From NCBI GenBank assembly GCA_965223155.1, contig CBDCVR010000015.1, forward strand, positions 544,001 to 608,000: 64,000 nucleotides of DNA, written 5' to 3'. Numbering within the stretch: the stretch's first letter is position 1; each line of letters begins with the position of its first letter. Under the pieces are notes generated by a model. That model did not search any database. It was given only the letters and a program-made list of their open reading frames with translations, and was not told where the DNA came from. Positions 8,565-23,315 of the stretch are shown here, piece after piece. Source of the DNA: Candidatus Multivoradales bacterium. Lineage in GTDB: Bacteria; Acidobacteriota; Thermoanaerobaculia; Multivoradales; JAHEKO01. A program made the position numbers and the translations under genes.

Positions 8565-9518
8565 CTAGCCTTGCCCCGAAAGCACCTGCTGGGCCTCGAG
8601 AGCGGCCTGGCGCACGCGGTAGCTCGGATCCGAGTCCGCCAGGGACGCAAGCAGCGGCAGATGCCGGTCCGAGCCCACCCGAGCCAGAGCGCTCAACGCC
8701 TGAACCATGGTCTCTTCCTGCTGCTCCGGCGTGATCCCAGAGACGGCCTCGGTTAGCGAGCGGTCGAGCATGCGCTCCAGAACCGGAACGCCTCGATCGC
8801 TGCCCAGGGTGCTGACCGAGAGCGCGGCGTTCCAGCGCACGTCGGCGACCTCGTCGTCGAGCAGCGGCTCGAGCCGAGCCACCGCCAATGGCTCGCCCAG
8901 CTGGCCGAGGGCGTAGGCGGCCACCTTGCGCACGCCGGGGTCCTCCGAGGCCAGCCGTTCGGCCAGCGCCGGGATGGCGTCGGCGTCCCCGATCGCTCCC
9001 AGGGCCCAGAGCAGGTAGATCCGGGTCTGGGAGTCTGGTTCTTCCTCGAGGGCCTGGGTCAGGCGCTCGACCGAGGCTTCGTCCCGGGTGTAGCCGAGCA
9101 CCAGCGCCAGGTAGCGCCGGATCTCGGGGTCTTCGGCCTCGCCAAAGAGACGGCGCACTTCGGCCGCCACCTCGGGCTGCCCCGCCAGGGCATCCGGATC
9201 GGCGGTCAGGATCTTCGAGAGCTCATAGGCCGCCTGCGCGCGGCGTGGACGCCAGGACGAGCGCAGATCGTTCAGGTAGTCCTGCGTGTCCTGCTGGTCG
9301 TAGGCGATCCAGCCAAAGCCGACGAAGACGCCGACACAGACCAGCACCACCAGGAGCGGCACCAGGAAGAGCCCGAAGAAGGCTCGTAGGGGGCCGCGGT
9401 CGTCCTGGTCCGGATCGTCCTCGATCGGATCGAGGACCGGCGGCTCAGACGCGAGCTCCCGACCCGGAGCTTCGCTCGACGGATCCGCGCCGGTGTTGCC
9501 GGGTTCTTCGTGCGCCAT
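8565..9518 (-). CDS. Membrane-anchored HEAT-repeat protein
   Basis: One TM helix followed by repeated units such as VRKVAAYALGQLG and VRWNAALSVSTLG. Confidence 0.85.
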   Translation of the reverse strand: MAHEEPGNTGADPSSEAPGRELASEPPVLDPIEDDPDQDDRGPLRAFFGLFLVPLLVVLVCVGVFVGFGWIAYDQQDTQDYLNDLRSSWRPRRAQAAYELSKILTADPDALAGQPEVAAEVRRLFGEAEDPEIRRYLALVLGYTRDEASVERLTQALEEEPDSQTRIYLLWALGAIGDADAIPALAERLASEDPGVRKVAAYALGQLGEPLAVARLEPLLDDEVADVRWNAALSVSTLGSDRGVPVLERMLDRSLTEAVSGITPEQQEETMVQALSALARVGSDRHLPLLASLADSDPSYRVRQAALEAQQVLSGQG

Positions 9519-9581
9519 CGCCGGCGGAGCTTACCGCGATTCTCCTAGTCGCCGGCGGCCGCCGGCGAGAACGGCGGGCTC

Positions 9582-9609
9582 TTGACACCAGAGTTGCGCG
9601 GGATATCCT
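9582..9609 (+). promoter_or_regulatory. Putative sigma70 promoter of the act-cta operon
   Basis: TTGACA (9582-9587), 16 nt spacer, TATCCT (9604-9609). Confidence 0.55.
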
Positions 9610-9620
9610 TCGCACGACTG

Positions 9621-9640
9621 CTTGTGAAAATTTTCACAAG
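9621..9640. promoter_or_regulatory. Rex-type operator (ROP)
   Basis: Perfect AT-rich palindrome CTTGTGAAAATTTTCACAAG matching the Rex consensus TTGTGAA-N4-TTCACAA, just downstream of the -10. Confidence 0.8.
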
Positions 9641-9742
9641 CCCTCGTCTGGTCCGAACCTACCCTTCCAGGTGGTTGAGGGTCGGGGCGCCGTCCGATAG
9701 GTTCGAGCGGCTCCCGTCGAATCCGCCAAATCGATCAAGTCC

Positions 9743-10393
9743 ATGGGCCAGATCTTCCACCAGAGCACCAACACGATCTCGCGAGTCTCGATCTTTGGAG
9801 CCGTGTTCTTCCTGGGCGCCCTGGGCTGGGTCTTCACCGCCCTCGACCGCTCGTCCTACAACACCGGCCAGGGGGTCGTCTTGAGGCAGCCGATCCCCTT
9901 CAGTCACGATCACCACACGTCCGCTCTCGGCATCGACTGCCGCTACTGCCACACCTCGGCCGAAACCGCGGCGAGCGCTGGAATTCCGCCGACCGCCACC
10001 TGCATGAACTGCCACAAGCAGATCTGGGCCAACAGTCCGATGCTGGAACCGGTCAGGACCAGCTTCCAGGACCGGCAGCCGATCGCCTGGGACCGGATTC
10101 ACGACCTGCCGGACTTCGTCTACTTCGATCACTCGATCCACCTGGCCAAGGGCATCGGCTGCGTCTCCTGCCACGGCCGGGTCGATCAGATGCCGCTCGT
10201 CTACCAAGCCAGCTCGCTGCAAATGGAGTGGTGTCTGGAGTGCCATCGCGATCCGGAGCCGCACCTGCGGCCCCGATCCGAGGTGGCCAACATGGCCTGG
10301 CAGGCACCGGCGGACGAGCCCGAGCTCGCCGCCCGCCTGCTCGAGACCTACCACGTTCAGAGCAAGACCAGCTGCTCGGTCTGCCATCGCTAA
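9743..10393 (+). CDS. actA: Alternative complex III pentaheme cytochrome c
   Basis: N-terminal TM and five CxxCH motifs (CRYCH, CMNCH, CVSCH, CLECH, CSVCH); QPIPFSH and LPDFVYFDHSIH. Confidence 0.95.
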   Translation: MGQIFHQSTNTISRVSIFGAVFFLGALGWVFTALDRSSYNTGQGVVLRQPIPFSHDHHTSALGIDCRYCHTSAETAASAGIPPTATCMNCHKQIWANSPMLEPVRTSFQDRQPIAWDRIHDLPDFVYFDHSIHLAKGIGCVSCHGRVDQMPLVYQASSLQMEWCLECHRDPEPHLRPRSEVANMAWQAPADEPELAARLLETYHVQSKTSCSVCHR

Positions 10394-10415
10394 ACGGAAT
10401 CCGCCGGAGCCCACT

Positions 10416-13475
<3,060 letters not shown>

Positions 13476-13487
13476 GAAACGAACCTC

Positions 13488-14869
<1,382 letters not shown>

Positions 14870-14873
<4 letters not shown>

Positions 14874-15424
14874 GCGCTCCGGTGACCGGCAAGCGGCTTC
14901 CCCTCCACGGCGTCATGGCCGAGTTCGGCGGTCCCCGCCGCCTGCTGCGGGCGATCAAGGCGGCCCGCGAAGCCGGCTACTCCAAGATGGACGCCTACAC
15001 GCCCTATCCCATCCACGACGTCTGGGAGGCACTCGGGCATCACAAGTCGAAGCTGCCTCCGATCGTCCTCATCGGCGGACTCCTGGGCGCGGCGTTGGGC
15101 TTCGGGCTCCAGTACTGGGTCTCGGTCATCGAATATCCCCTCAACATCGGCGGCCGGCCGCTCAATAGCTGGCCCGCCTTCATCCCGGTGACTTTCGAGA
15201 CCACGATCCTGGTGGCGACGTTCTTCGCCGTGCTGGGAATGTTCGCCTTGAACGGGCTGCCCGAGCCCTACCACCCCGTCTTCAACGTCAAGCGTTTCGC
15301 GCTGGCGTCGCGAGACCGCTTCTTTCTCTGCATCGAGGCCTCCGATCCCATGTTCGACCGCGCCGGAACCGCCGAGTTCCTGCAATCGCTGGAAGCCGAG
15401 GAGGTCTCCGAAGTTGCCTCCTAG
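14870..15424 (+). CDS. actD: Alternative complex III subunit D (DUF3341)
   Basis: [36 protein letters not shown]. Confidence 0.93.
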
Positions 15425-16058
15425 AGCTTCCAGCCTGGGCCGGCCAGCCGGCCTGGCCTGCCTGGCGCTCGCCACCATCTTGGCCGGCGGCTGCCGTCAG
15501 GACATGCACGATCAGCCGGTGCTCGAGCCCTACGAAGCCAGCGACTTCTTCTCGGACGGACGCGCCGACCGCGCGCCGATCGACGGCACCGTGGCCCGGG
15601 GCCAGCTCTCCGAAGACCGCGCCTACTTCACCGGTCTCGACGGCGACGCCTTCGTCACCGCGCTACCGGTACCGGTAACTCGGACGCTTCTCGAGCGCGG
15701 CCGGGAACGCTACGAGATCTTCTGCTCACCCTGCCACGACCGGCTGGGCGCGGGCCAAGGCATGATCGTGCGGCGGGGCTTCAAGCAGCCCGCCTCGTTC
15801 CATGAGGCCCGGCTGCGCGAGCAGCCCGCCGGGTACTACTTCGATGTCATGACCCGAGGCTTCGGTGACATGTCGAACTACGCCGCCCAGATCTCGGCCG
15901 CCGATCGATGGGCCATCGCGGCCTACATCCGCGTCTTGCAGCGTTCGCAGCGAGTCGAGGTGAATCGGCTACCGGCGGCTCTAAGGAGCCACGTTCTGGC
16001 CGGCCTCGAAACGCCTCCGGCCGCCGGCGGCGCCCCGCAAGAAGGACACGATGACTGA
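15414..16058 (+). CDS. actE: Alternative complex III subunit E, monoheme cytochrome c lipoprotein
   Basis: Lipobox LAGGC-RQDMHDQP, GTVARG, CSPCH, DRWAIAAYIRVLQ. Confidence 0.93.
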   Translation: MPPRASSLGRPAGLACLALATILAGGCRQDMHDQPVLEPYEASDFFSDGRADRAPIDGTVARGQLSEDRAYFTGLDGDAFVTALPVPVTRTLLERGRERYEIFCSPCHDRLGAGQGMIVRRGFKQPASFHEARLREQPAGYYFDVMTRGFGDMSNYAAQISAADRWAIAAYIRVLQRSQRVEVNRLPAALRSHVLAGLETPPAAGGAPQEGHDD

Positions 16059-17235
16059 CCCGCGTGAGCTGACCGCCGAGAACTTCGCCCCGCCAAGCGA
16101 CTTGGCCCGGATCCGGCGCACGGCGCTCGGCCTTGGCATCGCCGGCGCGGCGCTCTGTGTCCTCGGACTCGTCGTCGATCGCGAGCAGGTCTTCCGCTCT
16201 CATCTCGTCGCCTGGATCTTCTGGATGGGCATCGCCATGGGCGGCTTCGGCACCATGCTGCTCCACCACATGACCCGTGGCGCCTGGGGACTTCTGATCC
16301 GTCGAATCTTCGAAGCCGGAGCACGGACCCTGCCCGTCCTGGTCTTGCTTTTCCTGCCGGTCCTCTTCGGACTCACCGCGCTCTTTCCGTGGGCGCGACC
16401 CGAGGCGGCCGCGGACTCGCTGATCCAGACCAAGGCCTGGTACCTGAATCCCGGATTCTTCATGCTGCGAGCGGCAATCTACTTCGCGATTTGGGGCCTT
16501 TTCACCTGGGTGCTGCTGCGGCGGTCCCGGCTTCAGGACGAGACCCGGAACCCGGGCCTCTTGCGCAAGATGCAGAACGTGGCGGGGCCTGGACTGGGCA
16601 TCTACGGATTGACCGCGACCTTCGGCTCGGTCGACTGGCTGATGTCGCTCGATCCCCACTGGTACTCGAGCCTCTTCGGCGTCTACTTCATCGGCGGCCA
16701 GGCCGTAGCGGCGATGGCGGCGGCCATCCTCATGGTCCGCTACCTGGCCAAGCGCCCGCCGCTCGAGGGCGTGTTTCAGCCGCGCCACTACCACGACTAC
16801 GGCAACTTGCTGATGGCCTTCATGCTGCTCTGGAGCTACTTCGGCTTGTCGCAGCTCCTCATCATCTGGACCGGGAACCTACCTGAAGAGACCGTCTGGT
16901 ACATCCACCGTAGCGAGCATGGCTGGCAGTGGGTCTCGATCGCGCTCGCGCTGTTCCACTTCGCGGTGCCGTTCTTCCTGCTCCTGAATCGTTCGGTCAA
17001 GCGCGACATCGACCGGCTGGCCAAGGTGGCCGTCCTGCTGCTGGTTGTGCACTGGCTCGACGTCTACTGGCTGGCAGCGCCCGCCTGGCACGAGCACCTG
17101 ACCGTGCACTGGCTGGATCTGGCCGCCACGGTCGCGGTCGGGGGCCTCTGGTTCGGTGCCTTCTGCCACGCTCTCGGCAAGCGGCCCCTGCTGCCGCTGG
17201 GCGACCCATATCTCGACGAGGCCCTGGAATCATGA
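16051..17235 (+). CDS. actF: Alternative complex III subunit F
   Basis: DWLMSLDPHWYSSLFG, HDYGNLL, IWTGNLPEE; about 10 TM helices. Confidence 0.93.
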   Translation: MTDPRELTAENFAPPSDLARIRRTALGLGIAGAALCVLGLVVDREQVFRSHLVAWIFWMGIAMGGFGTMLLHHMTRGAWGLLIRRIFEAGARTLPVLVLLFLPVLFGLTALFPWARPEAAADSLIQTKAWYLNPGFFMLRAAIYFAIWGLFTWVLLRRSRLQDETRNPGLLRKMQNVAGPGLGIYGLTATFGSVDWLMSLDPHWYSSLFGVYFIGGQAVAAMAAAILMVRYLAKRPPLEGVFQPRHYHDYGNLLMAFMLLWSYFGLSQLLIIWTGNLPEETVWYIHRSEHGWQWVSIALALFHFAVPFFLLLNRSVKRDIDRLAKVAVLLLVVHWLDVYWLAAPAWHEHLTVHWLDLAATVAVGGLWFGAFCHALGKRPLLPLGDPYLDEALES

Positions 17236-17702
17236 GCGAGACTCCGCGTCACGACACCTCGCGGCCTCTGGACGCCGAGCTCAGCCTGCGCGGCATCATC
17301 GGTTTCGCGGTAGGCCTCACGGTCGTGGTGGCGATCGCCGCCGTCGCCATGTGGTTTTCCTCCGGTTTCTTGAAGGACCGCATCGCGGCCTCGGACCCGC
17401 CGCCCCCGGCTCTGCCCGAAGCGCGCCAGGCCGTCACGCCGCCCGGCCCGGCGCTTCAAACCGATCCTCAACAGGACCTGGCGGCGCTCCGGACGGAGGA
17501 AGACGACCTCTTGACCACCTACGGCTGGATCGACGAAGGCCAAGGCCTCGCCCGGGTTCCGGTGGAGGTCGCGATCCAGCTCGAATTGGAAGCTCCGTCG
17601 TCGCCGCCGGCTGCGGCCGAGGACGTTGTCGAGGACGGCGTTCCTTCGGCGGAAACCGCGGCTGACACGCCGGCAGACACCCAGGAGGAAGGCCTCGAAT
17701 GA
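17232..17702 (+). CDS. actG: ActG-like single-TM subunit
   Basis: ATG 17232 overlaps the actF stop. One TM, then P-x-LQ and LTTYGWID...RVPVEVAI. Lies between actF and SCO. Confidence 0.7.
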   Translation: MSETPRHDTSRPLDAELSLRGIIGFAVGLTVVVAIAAVAMWFSSGFLKDRIAASDPPPPALPEARQAVTPPGPALQTDPQQDLAALRTEEDDLLTTYGWIDEGQGLARVPVEVAIQLELEAPSSPPAAAEDVVEDGVPSAETAADTPADTQEEGLE

Positions 17703-18610
17703 GTGCCCGAGCCACGCTTCTCGCCGCCCTTCTGGCCGCCACGACCTGGATCGCGGGTGCGGCCCCCGAGCCGGCGGCGGCAACGCCCGGTGCGCGACCG
17801 CGGGACGGGCACACGGCCAGCGCCGTCCCCGCCGAGCTCGGAGCCATCGCCTTCGAGCAGAAGCTGGGCGAGACCATCCCGGGCGAGCTCGAGCTGGTCG
17901 ATTCCGAGGGCCGGCCGGTTGGCCTGGGCGAGCTCGTCACCACGCGGCCGGCGCTCCTGGTCCCGGTCTACTACGACTGCCCGATGCTCTGCGGGCTGAC
18001 CCTGGAGGGCCTGACCAAGGCGCTCAAGACGCTGTCCCTGACCCCGGGGTCGGATTTCGACGTCATCGCTTTCTCGATCGACCCCGCTGAGACCGCCGAG
18101 CAGGCCCGCGCCGCCCGCGCGCGCACGCTGGCTCGGCTGGCCGACTCCGGAGTGGCCCGCGATCGGATCGACGCCGGCGGCGCCGGCTGGCACTTCCTGG
18201 TGGGCTCCGAGGCGGTTGTCGCCCGGCTCACCGAAGCCATCGGATTTTCTTTCAGCAGCGACGAGGCCACCGGGGAGCTCGCCCACGCCGCCGGGCTCCT
18301 GGTGCTGACGCCGGACGGCGTCATCGCCCGCGTCTTTTTCGGAGTCGAGTTCCCGCCGCGCGATCTCAGGCTGGCTCTGGTCGAGGCCGGCGCCGGCCGG
18401 ATCGGCAACGTCGTGGACCAGATCCTCCTCTACTGCTTTCGCTACGATCCGGCCTCGGGCCGCTACACCGCCGCGATCTTGAATCTCGTCCGCGCCGGTG
18501 GCGGATTGACGCTGCTGGTGCTCCTCGGCTTCCTGTTCAGAAGCTGGCGCTCAGAGCGCCGGCTGACGGCGGCCGAGAACGCCGCCGGCGCCGGCGGGAG
18601 GCTCGCCTAG
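17699..18610 (+). CDS. SCO1/SenC copper chaperone family protein
   Basis: YYDCPMLC (CxxxC), conserved His (LAHAAG), LLYCFRYDP, C-terminal TM. Confidence 0.92.
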   Translation: MSARATLLAALLAATTWIAGAAPEPAAATPGARPRDGHTASAVPAELGAIAFEQKLGETIPGELELVDSEGRPVGLGELVTTRPALLVPVYYDCPMLCGLTLEGLTKALKTLSLTPGSDFDVIAFSIDPAETAEQARAARARTLARLADSGVARDRIDAGGAGWHFLVGSEAVVARLTEAIGFSFSSDEATGELAHAAGLLVLTPDGVIARVFFGVEFPPRDLRLALVEAGAGRIGNVVDQILLYCFRYDPASGRYTAAILNLVRAGGGLTLLVLLGFLFRSWRSERRLTAAENAAGAGGRLA

Positions 18611-19564
18611 ATGCCCGAGAGCTTCCCGCTTTTCCCCGCCCGCGCAACCGAGCTCGCCCGCGAGATCGACGCGCTCTTCTTCACTGCGCTCGGCATCACG
18701 ACCGTCTTCTCGATCCTGATCGCGTCGCTCATCCTGTACTTCGCGATTCGCTACAAGCGCCGTTCCGAAGACGAGGTGGGCCAGCCCGAAAAAGCCGGCA
18801 TGTGGCTCGAGGTCACCTGGTCGGTGATCCCTCTGGCGATTCTGATGTTCCTCTTCTCCTGGGGCGCCAAGATCTACTTCGAGGCGCGCCGGCCGCCGGC
18901 CGACGCCGTTACCTACTACGTAACCGGCAAGCAGTGGATGTGGAAGGTCCAGCATCCGAATGGCCGGCGCGAGATCAACGAGCTCCACGTCCCGGTCGGT
19001 CAGAGCATCAAGCTCATCATGACCTCGGAGGACGTCATCCACTCCTTCTTCGTCCCGGCCTTCCGGGTCAAGATGGACATCCTGCCAGGTCGGTACACGA
19101 CCCTGTGGTTCCGGGCTGACAAGACCGGGACCTACCGGCTCTTCTGCGCCGAGTACTGCGGCGCCGAGCACTCTTTGATGCGGGGCTCGATCGTGGTGCT
19201 GGAGCCCCGAGGCTACGAAGCCTGGCTGGGCGGCCGCCAGACCCAAACCGAGCGCGTCGCCACCGGCGAGGAGCTCTTCTCGCGTCTCGCCTGCGACACC
19301 TGCCACCGGGCCGACAGCGCCGCCCAGGCGCCGATCCTGGATCGCACCTTCGGGAGCGAGGTGCGCTTTACCGACGGCACCTCAGTGATCGCCGACGAGA
19401 ACTACCTGCGCGAGTCCATCCTGAACCCGGGCGCCCAGGTCGTCGAGGGATACAACGCGATCATGCCGACCGCACAAGGCAAGCTGAACGAGGAGGAGCT
19501 GCTCCAGCTCATCCGCTATCTGAAGGGGCTGACTGACGAGGCGGCCGAGGACGAAGCACCATGA
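18611..19564 (+). CDS. ctaC: Cytochrome c oxidase subunit II with fused cytochrome c (caa3 type)
   Basis: DVIHSF, CuA motif [13 protein letters not shown]-terminal CDTCH. Confidence 0.96.
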   Translation: MPESFPLFPARATELAREIDALFFTALGITTVFSILIASLILYFAIRYKRRSEDEVGQPEKAGMWLEVTWSVIPLAILMFLFSWGAKIYFEARRPPADAVTYYVTGKQWMWKVQHPNGRREINELHVPVGQSIKLIMTSEDVIHSFFVPAFRVKMDILPGRYTTLWFRADKTGTYRLFCAEYCGAEHSLMRGSIVVLEPRGYEAWLGGRQTQTERVATGEELFSRLACDTCHRADSAAQAPILDRTFGSEVRFTDGTSVIADENYLRESILNPGAQVVEGYNAIMPTAQGKLNEEELLQLIRYLKGLTDEAAEDEAP

Positions 19565-21189
19565 CGGCTCAACAGGTCACCAAGGCGGATCGCCGACGCA
19601 CACACTATCTGAACGCCGAGTACGGCGTCCGGTCGTGGCTCTTGACCCACGATCACAAGAGGATCGCGATCCTCTACTTGATCTCGATCTCTGCCTTCTT
19701 CTTCATCGGCGGCCTGATGGCGGTGCTCATCCGGCTCGAGCTGGCCACTCCGGCTGGCGACTTCGTCCAGCCGGACACCTACAACCGGCTATTCACGATG
19801 CACGGCATCGTCATGGTCTTCTTCTTCCTGATCCCATCGATCCCGGCGGTTCTGGGGAACTTCCTGATCCCGCTCATGATCGGCGCCAAGGACCTCGCGT
19901 TTCCCCGGGTCAACCTGGGTAGTTGGTACGTCTACACGCTGGGCGGCCTCTTCACCCTCTGGTCCATCATCCAGGGCGGCGTCGATACCGGCTGGACCTT
20001 CTATACGCCGTTCTCGACGATGTACTCGAACACATTCGTCATCTCGACGGCTCTCGGGATTTTCATCACCGGGTTCTCCTCGATCATGACCGGGGTCAAC
20101 TTCATCGTCACCATCCACAGAATGCGGGCGCCGGGGCTGTCCTGGTTCCGGCTGCCGCTCTTCGTGTGGGCCCACTACGCCACCGCCCTCATCATGGTGC
20201 TGGGAACGCCTGTCTTGGCCATCACCATCCTTCTGGTCGCGGCCGAGCGCGTGCTCCACATCGGCATCTTCGACCCGGCCCTGGGCGGCGACCCGGTGCT
20301 CTTCCAGCACCTTTTCTGGTTCTACTCCCATCCTGCGGTCTACATCATGATCCTGCCCTCGATGGGGGTCATCTCCGAGCTCATCACCGCCTTCGCCCGG
20401 AAACGCATCTTTGGGTACAAGTTCATCGCCTTCGCTTCGGTGGCCATCGCGGTCCTGGGATTCCTGGTCTGGGGACACCACATGTTCTTGTCCAGCCAGT
20501 CCGTGTACGCGGGAATGATCTTCTCGGTGCTGTCGATGCTGGTCGCCGTGCCCTCGGCGATCAAGGTCTTCAACTGGACCGCCACACTCTATGAGGGCTC
20601 GGTGTCCTGGGACACGCCGATGCTCTACGCCCTGGGCTTTATCGGCCTCTTTACCATCGGCGGGCTGACCGGGGTCATGCTGGCGACGCTGGGTATCGAC
20701 ATCCACGTCCACGACACCTACTTCGTCGTCGCCCACTTCCACTACATCATGGTGGGCGGCGCCATCATGGGCTACCTGGGCGGTCTCCACTTCTGGTGGC
20801 CCAAGATCACAGGCCGCCTCTATCCAATCTTCTGGTCCAAGTTCTCGGCCATCGTGATCTTCGTCGGTTTCAACCTGACCTTCTTTCCCCAGTTCCTACT
20901 GGGCTACCTGGGCATGCCACGGCGGTACTACACCTATCCCGAGGATTTCCAGGTGCTGAACGTCATGTCCTCGGCTGGCGCCACGATCCTGGGCATCGGC
21001 TACCTGATTCCGATCATCTACTTCGTATGGTCGATGCGCTACGGCCAGCGGGCCACGGCCAACCCTTGGGGCGCCGAGGGGCTCGAGTGGCAGACCGAGT
21101 CACCACCGCCGACGCTCAACTTCGACGAGCCGCCGACGGTCACGCGTGAAGCCTATGCCTATTCCGACTCCGAGACGGTGAACGTATGA
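19561..21189 (+). CDS. ctaD: Cytochrome c oxidase subunit I, A2 type
   Basis: [19 protein letters not shown] (A2 YS motif), WGHHM, AHFHY, GMPRRY. Confidence 0.97.
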   Translation: MTAQQVTKADRRRTHYLNAEYGVRSWLLTHDHKRIAILYLISISAFFFIGGLMAVLIRLELATPAGDFVQPDTYNRLFTMHGIVMVFFFLIPSIPAVLGNFLIPLMIGAKDLAFPRVNLGSWYVYTLGGLFTLWSIIQGGVDTGWTFYTPFSTMYSNTFVISTALGIFITGFSSIMTGVNFIVTIHRMRAPGLSWFRLPLFVWAHYATALIMVLGTPVLAITILLVAAERVLHIGIFDPALGGDPVLFQHLFWFYSHPAVYIMILPSMGVISELITAFARKRIFGYKFIAFASVAIAVLGFLVWGHHMFLSSQSVYAGMIFSVLSMLVAVPSAIKVFNWTATLYEGSVSWDTPMLYALGFIGLFTIGGLTGVMLATLGIDIHVHDTYFVVAHFHYIMVGGAIMGYLGGLHFWWPKITGRLYPIFWSKFSAIVIFVGFNLTFFPQFLLGYLGMPRRYYTYPEDFQVLNVMSSAGATILGIGYLIPIIYFVWSMRYGQRATANPWGAEGLEWQTESPPPTLNFDEPPTVTREAYAYSDSETVNV

Positions 21190-21866
21190 GCGATTCGACG
21201 GTCCACGCCACGGCTGCCGATAGCGGGCATCTAGCCTCTCACTGGGACAGCCTCGAGCAGCAGCAGGAGGCCTCCTTCTTCGGCATGTGGGTGTTCCTGG
21301 TCACCGAGATCATGTTCTTCGGCGGCCTCTTCGCGGCCTACGTGGTCTACCGGGCCGGGCACCAGCAAGGCTTCGCGCTGGCGTCGAACGAGCTCTCGAT
21401 CGGCTGGGGCGCGTTCAACACCGCCGTTCTGATCGGATCCAGCCTGACCATGGCGCTCGCGGTCTGGGCCGCGGCCTCCGAACGGCGCAAGGCGCTGGTC
21501 GGCCTCCTTATCGGCACGATCGCGCTGGGCTCGGTCTTCCTGGGCGTCAAAGCCGTCGAGTACTCGCACAAGTTCCACGAGCATCTGGTGCCTGGAGCGG
21601 CATTCGACGCCGGACACTTTCCGGACCGCTATGCCAACGACGCCCACATGTTCTTCAATCTCTACTTCGTCATGACCGGGCTTCATGCCCTGCACATGGT
21701 GATCGGCATCGGTCTCTTGACCTGGCTGGTCGTTCTAGCCAGGCGGGGCCGCTTCACCGCCGGCAACCACAATTTCGTCGAAGGCGTTGGCCTCTACTGG
21801 CACTTTGTCGACATCGTCTGGATCTTCCTGTTTCCGGTTCTCTACCTGCTGGGAAGGGCCACCTGA
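21186..21866 (+). CDS. ctaE: Cytochrome c oxidase subunit III
   Basis: [36 protein letters not shown]. Confidence 0.95.
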   Translation: MSDSTVHATAADSGHLASHWDSLEQQQEASFFGMWVFLVTEIMFFGGLFAAYVVYRAGHQQGFALASNELSIGWGAFNTAVLIGSSLTMALAVWAAASERRKALVGLLIGTIALGSVFLGVKAVEYSHKFHEHLVPGAAFDAGHFPDRYANDAHMFFNLYFVMTGLHALHMVIGIGLLTWLVVLARRGRFTAGNHNFVEGVGLYWHFVDIVWIFLFPVLYLLGRAT

Positions 21867-21869
21867 GCC

Positions 21870-22157
21870 ATGAGCGAGCATTCCTACTCGATCAAACCGT
21901 ATCTGGCCGTCTTCGCGGCACTCATGGTCCTGACGGCCGCCACCGTGGCCGTAGCCTTCGTGGACCTGGGCGCTTTCAACGACGTCGTGGCCATGGCCAT
22001 CGCGGTGCTCAAGGCCACCTTGGTCGTCCTCGTCTTCATGCACGTTCGCCAGAGCGCGCGCATGACCAAGCTCGCCATCGTGTCGGGCTTCCTGTGGCTG
22101 GCGATCCTGATCGGCCTGACTCTGTCGGACTACTGGAGCCGCGGCTTCCTCGGCTGA
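21870..22157 (+). CDS. ctaF: Cytochrome c oxidase subunit IV
   Basis: Three TM helices, IAVLKATLVVLVFMHV motif, position after subunit III. Confidence 0.9.
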   Translation: MSEHSYSIKPYLAVFAALMVLTAATVAVAFVDLGAFNDVVAMAIAVLKATLVVLVFMHVRQSARMTKLAIVSGFLWLAILIGLTLSDYWSRGFLG

Positions 22158-22212
22158 GCGTAGCCGTGGCATACTGCGCCCGCTTCACGCAGAGCCAACG
22201 GAGGACCTTCGG

Positions 22213-22575
22213 ATGTCGTATCTCACCTACAAGTTCCTGCATCTCGCCGGCATCTTGGTCCTGTTCGTGACCGCCGGCGGAGTTGCGCTCTACGCCGCCA
22301 ACGGCGGCACCAAGGAGGGCAACACGGCGCGCGCCTGGGTCTCGGTCCTCCACGGCCTCTCGCTCGTCGTCATCCTGGTCAGCGGCTTCGGGCTGGTGGC
22401 GCGCATCGAGAGCGGCTTCGCTCCTTGGGTCTGGGCCAAGTTCGCCCTCTGGTTCGTGCTCGGCAGCTTCGCGCTGCTGCCACTTCGCCGCCAGAGCCTG
22501 GGCATGCCCTTCTACTTCCTGGTCCCGGCCCTGGGCATGGTCGCCGCCTACCTGGCGCTCTTCAAGCCCTTCTAG
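22213..22575 (+). CDS. Small four-TM membrane protein (SirB2/HemJ-like)
   Basis: GAGGA RBS; YKFLH, LHG and WVWAK motifs; C-terminal KPF. Confidence 0.7.
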   Translation: MSYLTYKFLHLAGILVLFVTAGGVALYAANGGTKEGNTARAWVSVLHGLSLVVILVSGFGLVARIESGFAPWVWAKFALWFVLGSFALLPLRRQSLGMPFYFLVPALGMVAAYLALFKPF

Positions 22576-22592
22576 CCCATAGCTCGCATCTG

Positions 22593-23312
22593 TCAGGTTC
22601 CGGCGAGAGCCTTGAGGGCGGCTCCCACCCCGTAGGCGAGCGAGGCGGCGATGCCACCAATTGCGAGCGTTCCGAGACCGGTACTCCACCACGGGGAAAC
22701 CGACCAGCGGCTGCGTACCGCGCCGATGGCGAAGAACACGGCTCCGGTCAACGCCACCGCCAGCTCGAACGGCCGCGGCCAGCCCGCCAGGTAGGGCAGG
22801 AGCGGCACCGCGCCACACACCAGAAACGCCGAAAACGTGCTCCAGGCCGCGAGCCAGGGCGAGCGGCGCTCGAGCGGCAAACCGTATTCCTCGGTGAGCA
22901 TGGTCCGCACCCAGCGTTCGCGATCGGAGCTGATGACCTCGACGACGCGTTCCAGGATCGCGCCCGTAAAGCCTTTGCGGGCGAAGATCTGCCGGATCTC
23001 CTCGCGCTCGCCTTCCGGCTCCTGGTCGATGTGGCGCCGCTCCACTCGCTTCAGGTGCTCGGCCATGTCCAGCTCGGCCTTGGTGCCCGAGTAGTTCCCG
23101 GCGGCCATCGAGAAGCCGTCGGCGAGCAGGTTCGCCAGCCCCAGAATCACGATGATCTTGGGCGATAGCGCCGCGCCCACGACTCCCGAAACCACGGCGA
23201 AGGTCGTGACCGCGCCGTCGATGCCTCCGTAGATCCAGTCCCTGAGATAGCTCGCTTCGGGACCGCTCGCCAGGCGGCTCCTGATGGCCTCTGGAGAGTG
23301 TTCGTGCTCCAC
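22593..23312 (-). CDS. VIT1/CCC1 family Fe/Mn transporter
   Basis: YGGIDGAVTTFAVV, ANLLADGFSMAAGNY, EGEREEIRQI. Confidence 0.93.
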   Translation of the reverse strand: MEHEHSPEAIRSRLASGPEASYLRDWIYGGIDGAVTTFAVVSGVVGAALSPKIIVILGLANLLADGFSMAAGNYSGTKAELDMAEHLKRVERRHIDQEPEGEREEIRQIFARKGFTGAILERVVEVISSDRERWVRTMLTEEYGLPLERRSPWLAAWSTFSAFLVCGAVPLLPYLAGWPRPFELAVALTGAVFFAIGAVRSRWSVSPWWSTGLGTLAIGGIAASLAYGVGAALKALAGT

Positions 23313-23315
23313 GGA

